Source: Candidatus Moraniibacteriota bacterium (GTDB taxonomy: Bacteria; Patescibacteriota; Minisyncoccia; Moranbacterales; UBA9337). Taken from it: 44,489 nucleotides of DNA. A model generated the notes under the pieces. The model was given only the letters and a program-made list of their open reading frames with translations, had not been told where the DNA came from and did no database searches. Made by a program: the position numbers and the translations under genes. The stretch spans positions 14,966 through 59,454 of the forward strand of contig JAVEXR010000001.1 of NCBI GenBank assembly GCA_034003925.1, read 5' to 3'. This document shows positions 14,886 to 25,129 of the stretch, one piece after another. Positions within the stretch are counted from its first letter, which is position 1, and each line of letters starts with the position of its first letter.

Positions 14886-15002
14886 AAGAAACAAGGATAC
14901 AAATAAGAAACAAATTAAAAATCACAAATAATACTAATTCTAAATTTGAAAATTGTATATTGAATATCGCTTGGAAATTGTTTCTTGTATTCTTGTTTCT
15001 TT
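14886..15002. repeat. Imperfect 27-31 bp inverted repeat separated by about 58 bp
   Basis: AAGAAACAAGGATACAAATAAGAAACAAATT (14886-14916) against AAATTGTTTCTTGTATTCTTGTTTCTT (14975-15001, through 15002 if the next T is counted). Confidence 0.7.
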
Positions 15003-15099
15003 TAAAAAATGTAGTAATTGAGCAATTTTAATTTTTTATTTACTTAAAACCTTTCCTATATTACAATTAGTAATAAACAAGAAAGTTTAAAAATCGTAT

Positions 15100-16299
15100 A
15101 TGTATTACCAAGATTCTAGAAAATTAAAGATTTTTTTGGAAATACTAGCTCTAGTGGTAGTACTTTTGGGTTTGACGATATTTTTGTGGCAAAGGAGTCC
15201 AGATAAAGGAATTGGAGATGAGTATATTACCTTTGAAAATAAAGGTGATGAATATTGGGATGATGATCTAAAGATGAGCACGTTGTTGCCGGTAGAAAAT
15301 GTCACGCCACCGCCACCCCCTCCACAAATGGAGAAGATGAAAAGTAATGGTTGTGTAGCTGATGGTCTTTTGAATGGTTATGTGGATGGCACAGGAGGCT
15401 CGATAGATATGATTAATCGCTCAAAATGTTATTATTTGCACCGCTCTATTGAAACTTGGTTAGAACCGCCGGATTTTCAGGAGATTAAGGAAAATATGCA
15501 AAAAATAGAGAAGAAAGAGGTGGTTTATGGAATGTTTATCGCCGAAGCAATCAGCACTAAGTCGGACTATTATTATGAAATAGGGGAGAGAGATTTTGAT
15601 TTTGATAAAATGTGTCGGTCGGGAAGCAAAAACTTTTGGGGTGAACATACTTGCAAGCCTTCTTTGGCTAAAAAGGAGTATCAACGCTACGTCTTGGATA
15701 TTACTAAAAAAGCTATGGACTTGGGCGTGCAAAGTTTTATGTTTGGACAGGTTTTTCACCAAGACTATATTTCAGATCCTTCTGTGGGCATTGTTTTGGA
15801 AAAAATGAGGAGATATGCTGATTTAAAAGGTATGAAAATTGTAATTGGGGCTCAAACTAATGATATTGAGGATGAGAGTTATCTGAGACAGTTTGATTTT
15901 ATCGAAGGTGGGGTAGGTCTAAACACGAATGGAATCATTGAAGGTGGTCCTTGCTATTCGCGTTGGTGGAAACAAGAAGGAGACTGGTGTTGGGCTCTCC
16001 TTTGGCATGACAAATTTAAAAGCAAGGCTAATAATGTCTTTACTCACTTGGATTGGAGTGGAAAAGTCGGAGATGATATGAGCACTTTTTCTTTGATGAC
16101 TAAAGAAGAGCGAGCCAATGCGCTTAAGCGCTTGGATAGTTATTTTGCTCAACGAGATGTGGGATTTTTGATGCCAATGGTGGCAGTTTTGCCTAAGGAA
16201 AACGGAGGCTGTCATGGCAAATCTAAGAAATTTTATTCAGCAGATAATAAATATTCATGTGATGATGAAGACGTGATAAATAGCTTATTGGGGAAATAA
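15100..16299 (+). CDS. Hypothetical N-terminally anchored extracytoplasmic protein, Cys/Trp-rich
   Basis: 399-aa ORF with one N-terminal TM (ILALVVVLLGLTIFLW) and a poly-Pro linker (PPPPPPQ). The body alternates beta/alpha-like segments and might be a TIM-barrel hydrolase, but I cannot assign a family. Confidence 0.6.
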   Translation: MYYQDSRKLKIFLEILALVVVLLGLTIFLWQRSPDKGIGDEYITFENKGDEYWDDDLKMSTLLPVENVTPPPPPPQMEKMKSNGCVADGLLNGYVDGTGGSIDMINRSKCYYLHRSIETWLEPPDFQEIKENMQKIEKKEVVYGMFIAEAISTKSDYYYEIGERDFDFDKMCRSGSKNFWGEHTCKPSLAKKEYQRYVLDITKKAMDLGVQSFMFGQVFHQDYISDPSVGIVLEKMRRYADLKGMKIVIGAQTNDIEDESYLRQFDFIEGGVGLNTNGIIEGGPCYSRWWKQEGDWCWALLWHDKFKSKANNVFTHLDWSGKVGDDMSTFSLMTKEERANALKRLDSYFAQRDVGFLMPMVAVLPKENGGCHGKSKKFYSADNKYSCDDEDVINSLLGK

Positions 16300-16302
16300 G
16301 AA

Positions 16303-16437
16303 TAGTTTGTAAGGTTCATAAAGTTTTTAAGGTTTGTAAAGTGGAGGAGTAATGGGAATTATTTATTATTTAGTTAATGAGTTAAGAGTGAGAGTGAATC
16401 AAGAATGAAACCTGAATGCAATTTAGAAAGTGCTAAT
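16303..16437. repeat. Dispersed intergenic repeat, copy 1 (about 135 bp)
   Basis: It shares these segments with 29027-29195, in the same order: the 9-mer array, TTATT(T)ATTATTTAGTTAATGA(G/A)TTAAG, and GAATGAAACCTG. Confidence 0.75.
16306..16341. repeat. 9-bp tandem array x4 (TTYNTAARG)
   Basis: TTTGTAAGG TTCATAAAG TTTTTAAGG TTTGTAAAG. Confidence 0.85.
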
Positions 16438-16472
16438 ATGTTAAAATGTTAACGTGCTAAAATGAATCTATG
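16430..16472. repeat. Phased octamer array running into the start codon
   Basis: GTGCTAAT ATGTTAAA ATGTTAAC GTGCTAAA ATGAATCT, with the ATG start as the sixth phased unit. Confidence 0.85.
16455..16463 (+). promoter_or_regulatory. Extended -10 (TGcTAAAAT) 6 nt upstream of the methyltransferase ATG
   Basis: The -10 ends at 16463 and the ATG is at 16470. No SD is present, which implies a leaderless transcript. Confidence 0.5.
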
Positions 16473-17273
16473 AATATCATTAAAATTGAAAGTAAGGATA
16501 ATAAAAAAATAAAAGAATTAAACAAGCTAAAGTTAAAGAAATACCGTGTCATTAGAGGCGAGTTTGTGGTAGAAAATTGGAAAATAATCCAAGATTCTTT
16601 TGCTGGTGGGATTTACTTTAAGGAACTTTTTCTGACTGAAAGTTTTTTGGATAAAAATAAAGATAAATTAGAGAGTATGCTTGGTGGCAATAATGTTTTT
16701 TTGATCAATGAAAGTATCGGGAAAAGCTTGTCTGCCCTAGAATCTCCCCAAGGAATTTTGGCGGTGTATGATAAGCTGGAAAAGACTCTTGATTTAGAGG
16801 AAAACGCTGTGTATTTAAATGGGATTAATGACCCTGGAAATATGGGCACTATTTTGAGGAGCGCCTTAGCTTTTGGTCTAAAAAATGTGATTTTGGATGA
16901 AAAATGCGTGGATCTCTACAACACCAAAACTATTCAAGCCGCCAAAGATGCTATTTTTAAATTAAACATAGTTTTCGATAAAGGCGGAGAAGTTTTCCAA
17001 AAAATAAAAGAAAATAACTTTGTTATTTTTGCTACCAATGTTAAAAAGGGAGAAAATCTCAGAGAGGCTTTTGGGAAAAAGGAGAAAAGTTGTATTATTT
17101 TGGGAAGTGAAAGCCAGGGAGTGGATGATTCTTTGGAGAGAGAAGCTACAAAACTTATCAATATAAAAACCACATCTAGTATTGAATCTCTAAATGTGGC
17201 TATTAGTGCGGGGATAATTTTTTACGAATTGTTCAGCAACTTAAAAGAGGATGGTGTAAATCATGATAAATAA
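16470..17273 (+). CDS. SpoU/TrmH-family RNA 2'-O-methyltransferase
   Basis: 267 aa with SPOUT motifs: LNGINDPGNMGTILRSALAFG, IILGSESQGV, ESLNVAISAGIIFYE. Confidence 0.9.
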   Translation: MNIIKIESKDNKKIKELNKLKLKKYRVIRGEFVVENWKIIQDSFAGGIYFKELFLTESFLDKNKDKLESMLGGNNVFLINESIGKSLSALESPQGILAVYDKLEKTLDLEENAVYLNGINDPGNMGTILRSALAFGLKNVILDEKCVDLYNTKTIQAAKDAIFKLNIVFDKGGEVFQKIKENNFVIFATNVKKGENLREAFGKKEKSCIILGSESQGVDDSLEREATKLINIKTTSSIESLNVAISAGIIFYELFSNLKEDGVNHDK

Positions 17274-18047
17274 GATCAGATTGACCATCGAATGTTTATG
17301 GTGAAAACTTTTAGTCTGAATAGTTTTTAGGACTATATCTCTGGAAACAATCAACATGGCAATTAAGGCAATGGTCCAAATTATATTATTGGATTGTTGT
17401 TTGGCGAAATCAAATATTTTCGTATTTAAGCTACCTATTGAGTAAGAGGGGGTAGTAACTATGGGTTTGGCATTGCTTTTACTTGTCTGAGCTCCCAATA
17501 TATAGCTATTTCTATTAGCTAAAGCGGGTGCATTGGCAGCGAAAATATTTTTTTGAGGTGTTCCAAAAACAGTGACTGTGATTTTGGATTTTTTACCGTC
17601 AATTATTCCTGTAGCAGTAGCAATGCCGATTTCACTAAAATTAGAGCTTAGGATGTTTTTTTTGTGCGTAGGGCTGTCCATCCAAGCCTCATGTTCTTCT
17701 CGAGCGTCATCGTAATTGATAGCTAGGTTTTCTCCGGCATACTTATAAGTGTAGTTATTGACTTCAAACCAATGCCAAGGAGTCACTCCTTCGGGTGAAG
17801 TATGGGCAAAGTATTGTTTTTTGGCCATATCAGCTGCCTTAGATTGGGCTACTTTGGAAAGAGTGGGGTTTAAATGTAGGGGGTTTAAATTTTCCTGAGT
17901 ACGACTGCTATTAATCAAAACAAAAACGTTTTGAGGATCAACCTCTTTGGCATAGGTAATTCCTGAAAAACAGAATAAAATCAAAAAATTAAGACTTAAA
18001 AAAAGGCTTATTTTACTGATATTTGTTTGTATTTGTGTTATTTTCAT
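17241..18047 (-). CDS. Secreted CAP/SCP (YkwD-like) domain protein with C-terminal TM
   Basis: 268 aa with a signal peptide. The CAP-domain pattern is LSKVAQSKAADMAKKQYFAHTSPEG..PWHW...AGENLA...AWMDSPTHKKNIL...IGIA. There is a C-terminal hydrophobic helix. The 3' end overlaps the convergent methyltransferase gene by 33 nt. Confidence 0.85.
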   Translation of the reverse strand: MKITQIQTNISKISLFLSLNFLILFCFSGITYAKEVDPQNVFVLINSSRTQENLNPLHLNPTLSKVAQSKAADMAKKQYFAHTSPEGVTPWHWFEVNNYTYKYAGENLAINYDDAREEHEAWMDSPTHKKNILSSNFSEIGIATATGIIDGKKSKITVTVFGTPQKNIFAANAPALANRNSYILGAQTSKSNAKPIVTTPSYSIGSLNTKIFDFAKQQSNNIIWTIALIAMLIVSRDIVLKTIQTKSFHHKHSMVNLILFIMIYTILF

Positions 18048-18158
18048 TAATTTTGAATAAAAAAAGCCGTTTCACCCATTGTTTTTAGCCCTTTTAGGGG
18101 TTAAAAGCTGCGAAACGACGCTATCTTTTAAACTTTTTCAACTTCTTACTACAACCTA

Positions 18159-18187
18159 ATTATAGCACGAAATAAAGTAAAAAGCAA
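18159..18187 (-). promoter_or_regulatory. Promoter candidate for the CAP-domain gene
   Basis: Minus strand reads TTGCTT, a 17-nt spacer (ending TGc), then TATAAT. Confidence 0.5.
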
Positions 18188-18255
18188 GACTAGATTACGT
18201 TAATATTTCAGTATGTCAACATTTAAACAAAAAACCAAATAAGTCGTTAAGCCAG

Positions 18256-18295
18256 ATGTTATTATGCTAAAATGCTAACAGGTTAAAATGTTTTG
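18256..18295. repeat. Phased octamer array upstream of gyrB
   Basis: ATGTTATT ATGCTAAA ATGCTAAC AGGTTAAA ATGTTTTG. Confidence 0.85.
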
Positions 18296-18444
18296 ACTCT
18301 TTTAAAATTAAAAAATGTATGCTAGAATGAATAAGTTAAGGAGGAGGGCTGATATTTGTCAGCCAGATAAAGGAACATAAAAATTACTAAAATAACAATA
18401 AATTTTCTAATAAGATTTGCGTATCTTTATTTTATGATGCGTAA

Positions 18445-20499
<2,055 letters not shown>

Positions 20500-20539
20500 G
20501 AGTATAGGATATATATCGTAGAGCATGAAATATGGAACA

Positions 20540-20567
20540 AAAACTCCCTATAAGTAGGGAGTTTTTT
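20540..20567 (+). terminator. Rho-independent terminator after gyrB
   Basis: AAAACTCCCT / AGGGAGTTTT stem with a 6-nt loop and a T-run. Confidence 0.85.
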
Positions 20568-20662
20568 GATGGATGTGATTTTATGGATAAATTGTGTTAA
20601 TATTGTTTTGTTATTTTTTTAAAAGTTCGGCTATAATAAAACAATTTTAAATTTAAAATTTT

Positions 20663-21799
20663 ATGAACAAAAAAGAATATTTAACCTCGCTTTCTTCACT
20701 GAGAGGTATTGCGGCTATATTGGTCATTCTCTTTCATGTAAATGTTATCATCTTTGCACTGGCTCTATGGGACAGTTATTTTTCTCATTTTATAAGAAAG
20801 GGCTATCTTTGGGTGGATTTCTTTTTTCTTCTTTCGGGCTTTATAATGATGCATGTCTATTCGGAATCATTTAAGTCCAATATTCGGGGAAATTTTCGCA
20901 AATTTATGCGATCCAGGTTTGCTCGCATTTATCCGCTTCATTTGTTTTCTTTTTTATGCATGGTAGCTTATTATTTTTGGTATCGTGCTAATTTTCCGAT
21001 GGGTCCTAATGATTATGCCTATACTTTTAATATGCAGGCTATTTGGAGCAATCTCTTTCTTATTCATTCTTTGGATATTCATAATTCTTTAACTTGGAAT
21101 AGTGCCTCGTGGTCAATCAGTACTGAATGGTGGATGTATGTTATTTTCCCTTTCCTGCTGATACCTTTTCGTAAAATTAGTGACTGGAAAAAAATATTAA
21201 TTTTGTTTTCTGTTATTGCCGGTTACTTATTTGTTATTTATTATCTCCACCCCATGTCAATGTCTCAATGGGGTTTAGTTGATCCGCAAACTAAAAATAG
21301 CTTGGATGTTACTTATGATTACGGATTTGTGCGTTGTTTTTTTGGCTTCCTTTTTGGAATGCTTCTTTATGAACTATATCGTATCGGTTGGGCGCGTCAC
21401 CATTTAAAAAAAGATATTGTGTGGATCCTTACTGTGGCAGCTGTAATTACAGCTTTATGTTTTCCTTTGTCAGATTTTATTCCGGTTATTCTTTTTGGAA
21501 GCATCATCCTGGTGAGTGTTTATTCTGAGGGGGTAGGCAAGAAGATTTTAAATTTAAAACCCTTAATTTATCTGGGGGATATCTCTTATTCACTCTATCT
21601 CATGCATTTGCCTATTATGTTTTTTCTTTTTAATTATTTTAAAAGATTTTCCTGGGTAAAATTTCAAAATCCGGATCAAAAAACAGCTTGGTTTTACACA
21701 TCAATTTTTCTAGTTGTAGTTATTATTGTTTCTTCTTTGACTTATAGGTTTGTCGAGATGCCCATGCGTCAAAAAATCAATCGAAATAAAAGAGGGTAG
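20663..21799 (+). CDS. Acyltransferase family 3 (OafA/YrhL-like) integral membrane O-acyltransferase
   Basis: 378 aa, about 10 TM. The AT3 N-terminal motif is LSSLRGIAAILVILFHV. The ISYSLYLMHLP motif is also present. Confidence 0.88.
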   Translation: MNKKEYLTSLSSLRGIAAILVILFHVNVIIFALALWDSYFSHFIRKGYLWVDFFFLLSGFIMMHVYSESFKSNIRGNFRKFMRSRFARIYPLHLFSFLCMVAYYFWYRANFPMGPNDYAYTFNMQAIWSNLFLIHSLDIHNSLTWNSASWSISTEWWMYVIFPFLLIPFRKISDWKKILILFSVIAGYLFVIYYLHPMSMSQWGLVDPQTKNSLDVTYDYGFVRCFFGFLFGMLLYELYRIGWARHHLKKDIVWILTVAAVITALCFPLSDFIPVILFGSIILVSVYSEGVGKKILNLKPLIYLGDISYSLYLMHLPIMFFLFNYFKRFSWVKFQNPDQKTAWFYTSIFLVVVIIVSSLTYRFVEMPMRQKINRNKRG

Positions 21800-21840
21800 T
21801 GTAAAAACAAATCAGGACAAAAGAAGCAAGTGTTTTTTGT

Positions 21841-22524
21841 TTAATTTTGGTTTAAATACGGCAGAAGTAAAGTTTTTAATAATGCATAACCATTGGCATT
21901 GGGGTGTACGCCATCACTAGCATATTTGGTATCCATTGCATTATCCTTGCTGACAAAATTTGGATAGAGATTGATAAAAGTTGCCCCAATTTCATCCGCT
22001 AAAGATTTTAGACTGGTATTTAGATCTATTATCTTTTGACTGTCTATCTTTCCAATGGGTGAAAGTTCGTTATCGATAGGCAGTACACTTTCGATAAATA
22101 GGATGGTATCAGGAGAAGTAGTCTTTATTCTATTGGTTATAATTTTATAATTATTAAGAACATAAGAAATATCTCTGCCTTTGGATAAATCGTTTATGCC
22201 TATCATTATAAATATTTTTTTTGGTTTTAAGTCAAGAAGTGGGTCAAGTCTTAATAAAATATCGTCTGTAGTATTTCCGGAAATTCCAGCGTTTAAAATG
22301 TTATCGGATTTGAATAATTTGTTCCAATCCTTTCGAGCGGTGATGCTGTCTCCTAAAAAAATGATTTCTGAAGATGGTTTTTCCTTGAATTTGCCAGTGA
22401 TTGATGTTAAATATTCAAAACCGGTTTGAGGATTATTTTTTCCGAAGTAAAGTGACCAGATGCTAAAAGTGTAAACCGATATTGATATTCCTAAAATAAT
22501 TGTTATTAATATTTTTATTTTCAT
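21841..22524 (-). CDS. SGNH/GDSL hydrolase (lipase/acylhydrolase family), N-terminally anchored
   Basis: 227 aa. Block I FLGDSIT, block II GISGNTT, block V DGVHPN. Confidence 0.88.
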   Translation of the reverse strand: MKIKILITIILGISISVYTFSIWSLYFGKNNPQTGFEYLTSITGKFKEKPSSEIIFLGDSITARKDWNKLFKSDNILNAGISGNTTDDILLRLDPLLDLKPKKIFIMIGINDLSKGRDISYVLNNYKIITNRIKTTSPDTILFIESVLPIDNELSPIGKIDSQKIIDLNTSLKSLADEIGATFINLYPNFVSKDNAMDTKYASDGVHPNANGYALLKTLLLPYLNQN

Positions 22525-22768
22525 AATCTTATCTTAGCATAGTTTTTTTTCTGTACAAATGCAAAAAACTGATAGGAAAAATAATTTAGTCATATTTGTT
22601 TAAAGGAGGAAATATACCTACTCGTTTTCTACTCACACGCCTTTTGATTCCCCTCACTTAAAATAAAATAAAACTACACAAAAAGTGCAGTTTTATTATT
22701 TGAGCGGACTGATATATTTAACTAGAATTCAGTTGATGATAATATTTAGATAAATATGCGCCTATGAG

Positions 22769-23311
22769 TTATTTTACTATCGTATAACTGGATGCTTGTA
22801 TTTTTTTACCAGAAGTGGGTACGACCGCGTACCATTTATATTTTCCAGCTGGTTTATTGGCTAAATATTTTACACTAAACTTTCCTTTGCTGTCGGTTTT
22901 TACAATCACTGGAGGATAAAAAGTTCCGTCAGGCTTAGAAAAATAAAGTCTCAGTTTGGAATTTTTCTTAAATCCCTTTCCTGATTGAACCAAGATTTCT
23001 CCTTTCTTCACAGAATTTTGTGAATTTTTTAAGCGTTTTTTTTCTTTCTTTTTATCTTTTTTCTTATGAGAGTTTACGGTATTGGTACTAACAGTTGTTT
23101 CTTTGTCTTCGCTATCCTTAATAATATCATTGGCTGTGTCGTTATTATTGACGATATCATCGGTTTTGTTATTTCCATAACCATAACCATATCCATAGCC
23201 AAAAGTTGTTTTGATTAATCCTTCGCCCATGGAAGTTGAAATTATGGTTAGACATAACGTGGTGGCTACGAAATAAACTCTTAGTCGTTGGGAAATTGAT
23301 GTTTTTTTCAT
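22769..23311 (-). CDS. Secreted hypothetical protein with a (GY)n tract, Lys-rich linker and C-terminal beta-sandwich-like domain
   Basis: 180 aa with a signal peptide. It contains GYGYGYGYG, KKKDKKKEKKR, and then a pattern typical of Ig-like/carboxypeptidase-regulatory folds (TDSKGKFSVKY..AGKYKWYAV). Confidence 0.6.
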   Translation of the reverse strand: MKKTSISQRLRVYFVATTLCLTIISTSMGEGLIKTTFGYGYGYGYGNNKTDDIVNNNDTANDIIKDSEDKETTVSTNTVNSHKKKDKKKEKKRLKNSQNSVKKGEILVQSGKGFKKNSKLRLYFSKPDGTFYPPVIVKTDSKGKFSVKYLANKPAGKYKWYAVVPTSGKKIQASSYTIVK

Positions 23312-23432
23312 GCATTTGTGGCCAGTAAAAGCCCTTTAACTCATTATTGATTAACTGCTGAACATAACAAAAAAAGATGCTTTTGTCAAGCACCTTCTAT
23401 ATCTAGGATAATTGTAAGTCAAACCAATTTGG

Positions 23433-24923
23433 CTATTCTTCTAAGTTAGGAAGATGGTAAATAGTAATTATATCTCCAGAAAGAGCGCTAAAAGACACAG
23501 ACTGAGAAGAAAAATATGTCCTAGCATATTCGACTATTTTCTGATTAGCTCGTGACTGAGCCATTGTATCAAGAAGTATGTAAACATCTCCATTTTCTCT
23601 AAGTGAATCAATGCGGCCGATAGAAGAAATTTCCGGCGCGCCAGAATAATATTCTCGTTTGTTTTCTGTTATAGATCCGTCATTCTCTTTGCCTGTATAA
23701 GAAATAGCTAGAGCATAAGATGACTGACCTAGATAAATCTTATCCATATAGGGATAAGGCGAGATTAGGAAGTCTCCTGGTTTGAGTGATTTTTGTAAAA
23801 ATTGATAGGCCGACTGAAAATCTGGCTGAGGGGTGTAATCTTCTAGGATAAATTGTTTTTGTGGGATTGTTAGCAAAGACTTAACTGAAAAAACATCGAC
23901 AAGCGCAAGAAGTGAAAGAGAAAAAATAACCGTAAGTATCTGTTTTTTTCTTTCTCCTGCTAAATGATACAGGAGGTTTGCGGCATAAAGAAAAATGATT
24001 GGAAGGAGAATAAATAGATATCTTTTTTGATTAACATAATAAAAAAATAAAAAGAAGGAAACGTTGAGAAAGAAAAAACTTAGGATAAAAAGATGTAAGC
24101 TCCTCCAGTATTTATTTTGGTAAATCGCCCAATAAGCTCCTATTATGGCTAACGGAAAAAATAATCCCAAGCTAAGCCAAAAATATCCAATCAAATAGTA
24201 GGTGATATAATTGCTTGGTAATAAAGAAAAACTATGTTGAAAATAAAAATAACCTAAAAAGCCTAAAATAATGAAAACAAAAGCAAAAACAGCGGAAGCT
24301 TTGTAATTTTTTTGAGCCAAAAAATAAACAAGAAGAGAGGGCAAGAGGAAAACTGCAGAAATTTTTGTAGCTATTGCCAAGCCAATAGAGAGAAGAAGAA
24401 AGAATAAGAATTTCCTCTTTTTAGTTTTATGATATTGCATAAGGAAATATAGTGTAAGCAAAACTAGAAATTCAAGCAGTGCATAGGCCCTTATTTGGCG
24501 ACTCCAAGCTATTTGCCAATAAGAAAAAGAAATAAAAAAAGCAAAAATTAATCCGACATTTTTTTGAAAAATTTCTTTTCCGATTTTGTAGGCTAACGGA
24601 ATGCATAATATTCCAAATATCACAGAAACTAGGCGATAAGTTTCGATGGATGCGCCCCCTGCATATTTTATAATTGCCAATAAATATGGAAAGAGTAAAT
24701 CTCTGTTTGCGTATTGTCCAGAATCAAGAAGGGGGAGAAAATTTTTATAAATAGCATCCACTTGAGTAATAGTGAATCCTTCGTCTATCCATAAGCTGTC
24801 TGCACCCAGATAGTACAATCTTAAAAAAGCCCCCCAAGTGATAATGAGAGATAATAATAACATTTCCTTATTTAATATTTTTTTTATTTTATTAGGTAGA
24901 ATCATATGTGAATAGTTTAACAT
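23433..24923 (-). CDS. GT-C fold glycosyltransferase (ArnT / PMT_2-like, GT39/GT83 type)
   Basis: 496 aa, about 11 TM. The first-loop acidic motif is LWIDEGFT. A C-terminal soluble domain is present. Confidence 0.8.
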   Translation of the reverse strand: MLNYSHMILPNKIKKILNKEMLLLSLIITWGAFLRLYYLGADSLWIDEGFTITQVDAIYKNFLPLLDSGQYANRDLLFPYLLAIIKYAGGASIETYRLVSVIFGILCIPLAYKIGKEIFQKNVGLIFAFFISFSYWQIAWSRQIRAYALLEFLVLLTLYFLMQYHKTKKRKFLFFLLLSIGLAIATKISAVFLLPSLLVYFLAQKNYKASAVFAFVFIILGFLGYFYFQHSFSLLPSNYITYYLIGYFWLSLGLFFPLAIIGAYWAIYQNKYWRSLHLFILSFFFLNVSFFLFFYYVNQKRYLFILLPIIFLYAANLLYHLAGERKKQILTVIFSLSLLALVDVFSVKSLLTIPQKQFILEDYTPQPDFQSAYQFLQKSLKPGDFLISPYPYMDKIYLGQSSYALAISYTGKENDGSITENKREYYSGAPEISSIGRIDSLRENGDVYILLDTMAQSRANQKIVEYARTYFSSQSVSFSALSGDIITIYHLPNLEE

Positions 24924-25049
24924 ATCAGAGACTCTTCTTAAAGAAAAATAAATAAATTTGAATTTAGTTTTATTTTATATTTAAATGGTCTAGTTAAGAC
25001 GGACATAGTTAAGCTTATAAAAAATTATTTGTTTTGGGATAATGTTTTT

Positions 25050-25100
25050 TAAAAAATAAAACCCGCCAAAACAGAATTAATCTTCTGTTGGCGGGTTTTT
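25050..25100 (-). terminator. Strong hairpin terminator downstream of the G+C-rich orphan gene
   Basis: AAACCCGCCAAAACAGAA / TTCTGTTGGCGGGTTT stem. It is T-rich on both sides, so it may act bidirectionally. Confidence 0.85.
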
Positions 25101-25129
25101 GCTAATTAAAGCAAAGAAATTGCTATATT

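Noticed and set aside
16306-16472. Possibility that the short tandem arrays (8-bp and 9-bp units, here and at 2908, 18256, 29027, 43130, 43281) are a CRISPR array or its remnants.
   Set aside because: The units are only 8-9 bp, directly abutting with no spacers. There are 4-5 units per array, and no cas genes or leader-like context in the window.
17241-17273. 33-nt 3'-end overlap of the convergent methyltransferase and CAP-domain genes (a similar 8-nt overlap is at 37318-37325).
   Set aside because: Short convergent overlaps are common in compact genomes and need no special explanation. There is no hairpin or other signal in the overlap.
18330-18375. SD-like AAGGAGGAGGG followed by the hairpin GGCTGA-TATTTG-TCAGCC and a possible 4-codon TTG mini-ORF in the gyrB leader.
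   Set aside because: The mini-ORF is too short and has no supporting signal. In an apparently SD-independent genome the purine run is more likely incidental. It may still be part of a gyrB leader structure, but I cannot support a call.
23160-23195. Hexanucleotide-like repeat (CCATAA/CCATAT units) that might act as a phase-variation tract.
   Set aside because: It encodes the in-frame (GY)n tract of the 180-aa secreted protein. Unit changes would alter repeat number, not the reading frame, and the tract is short and imperfect.
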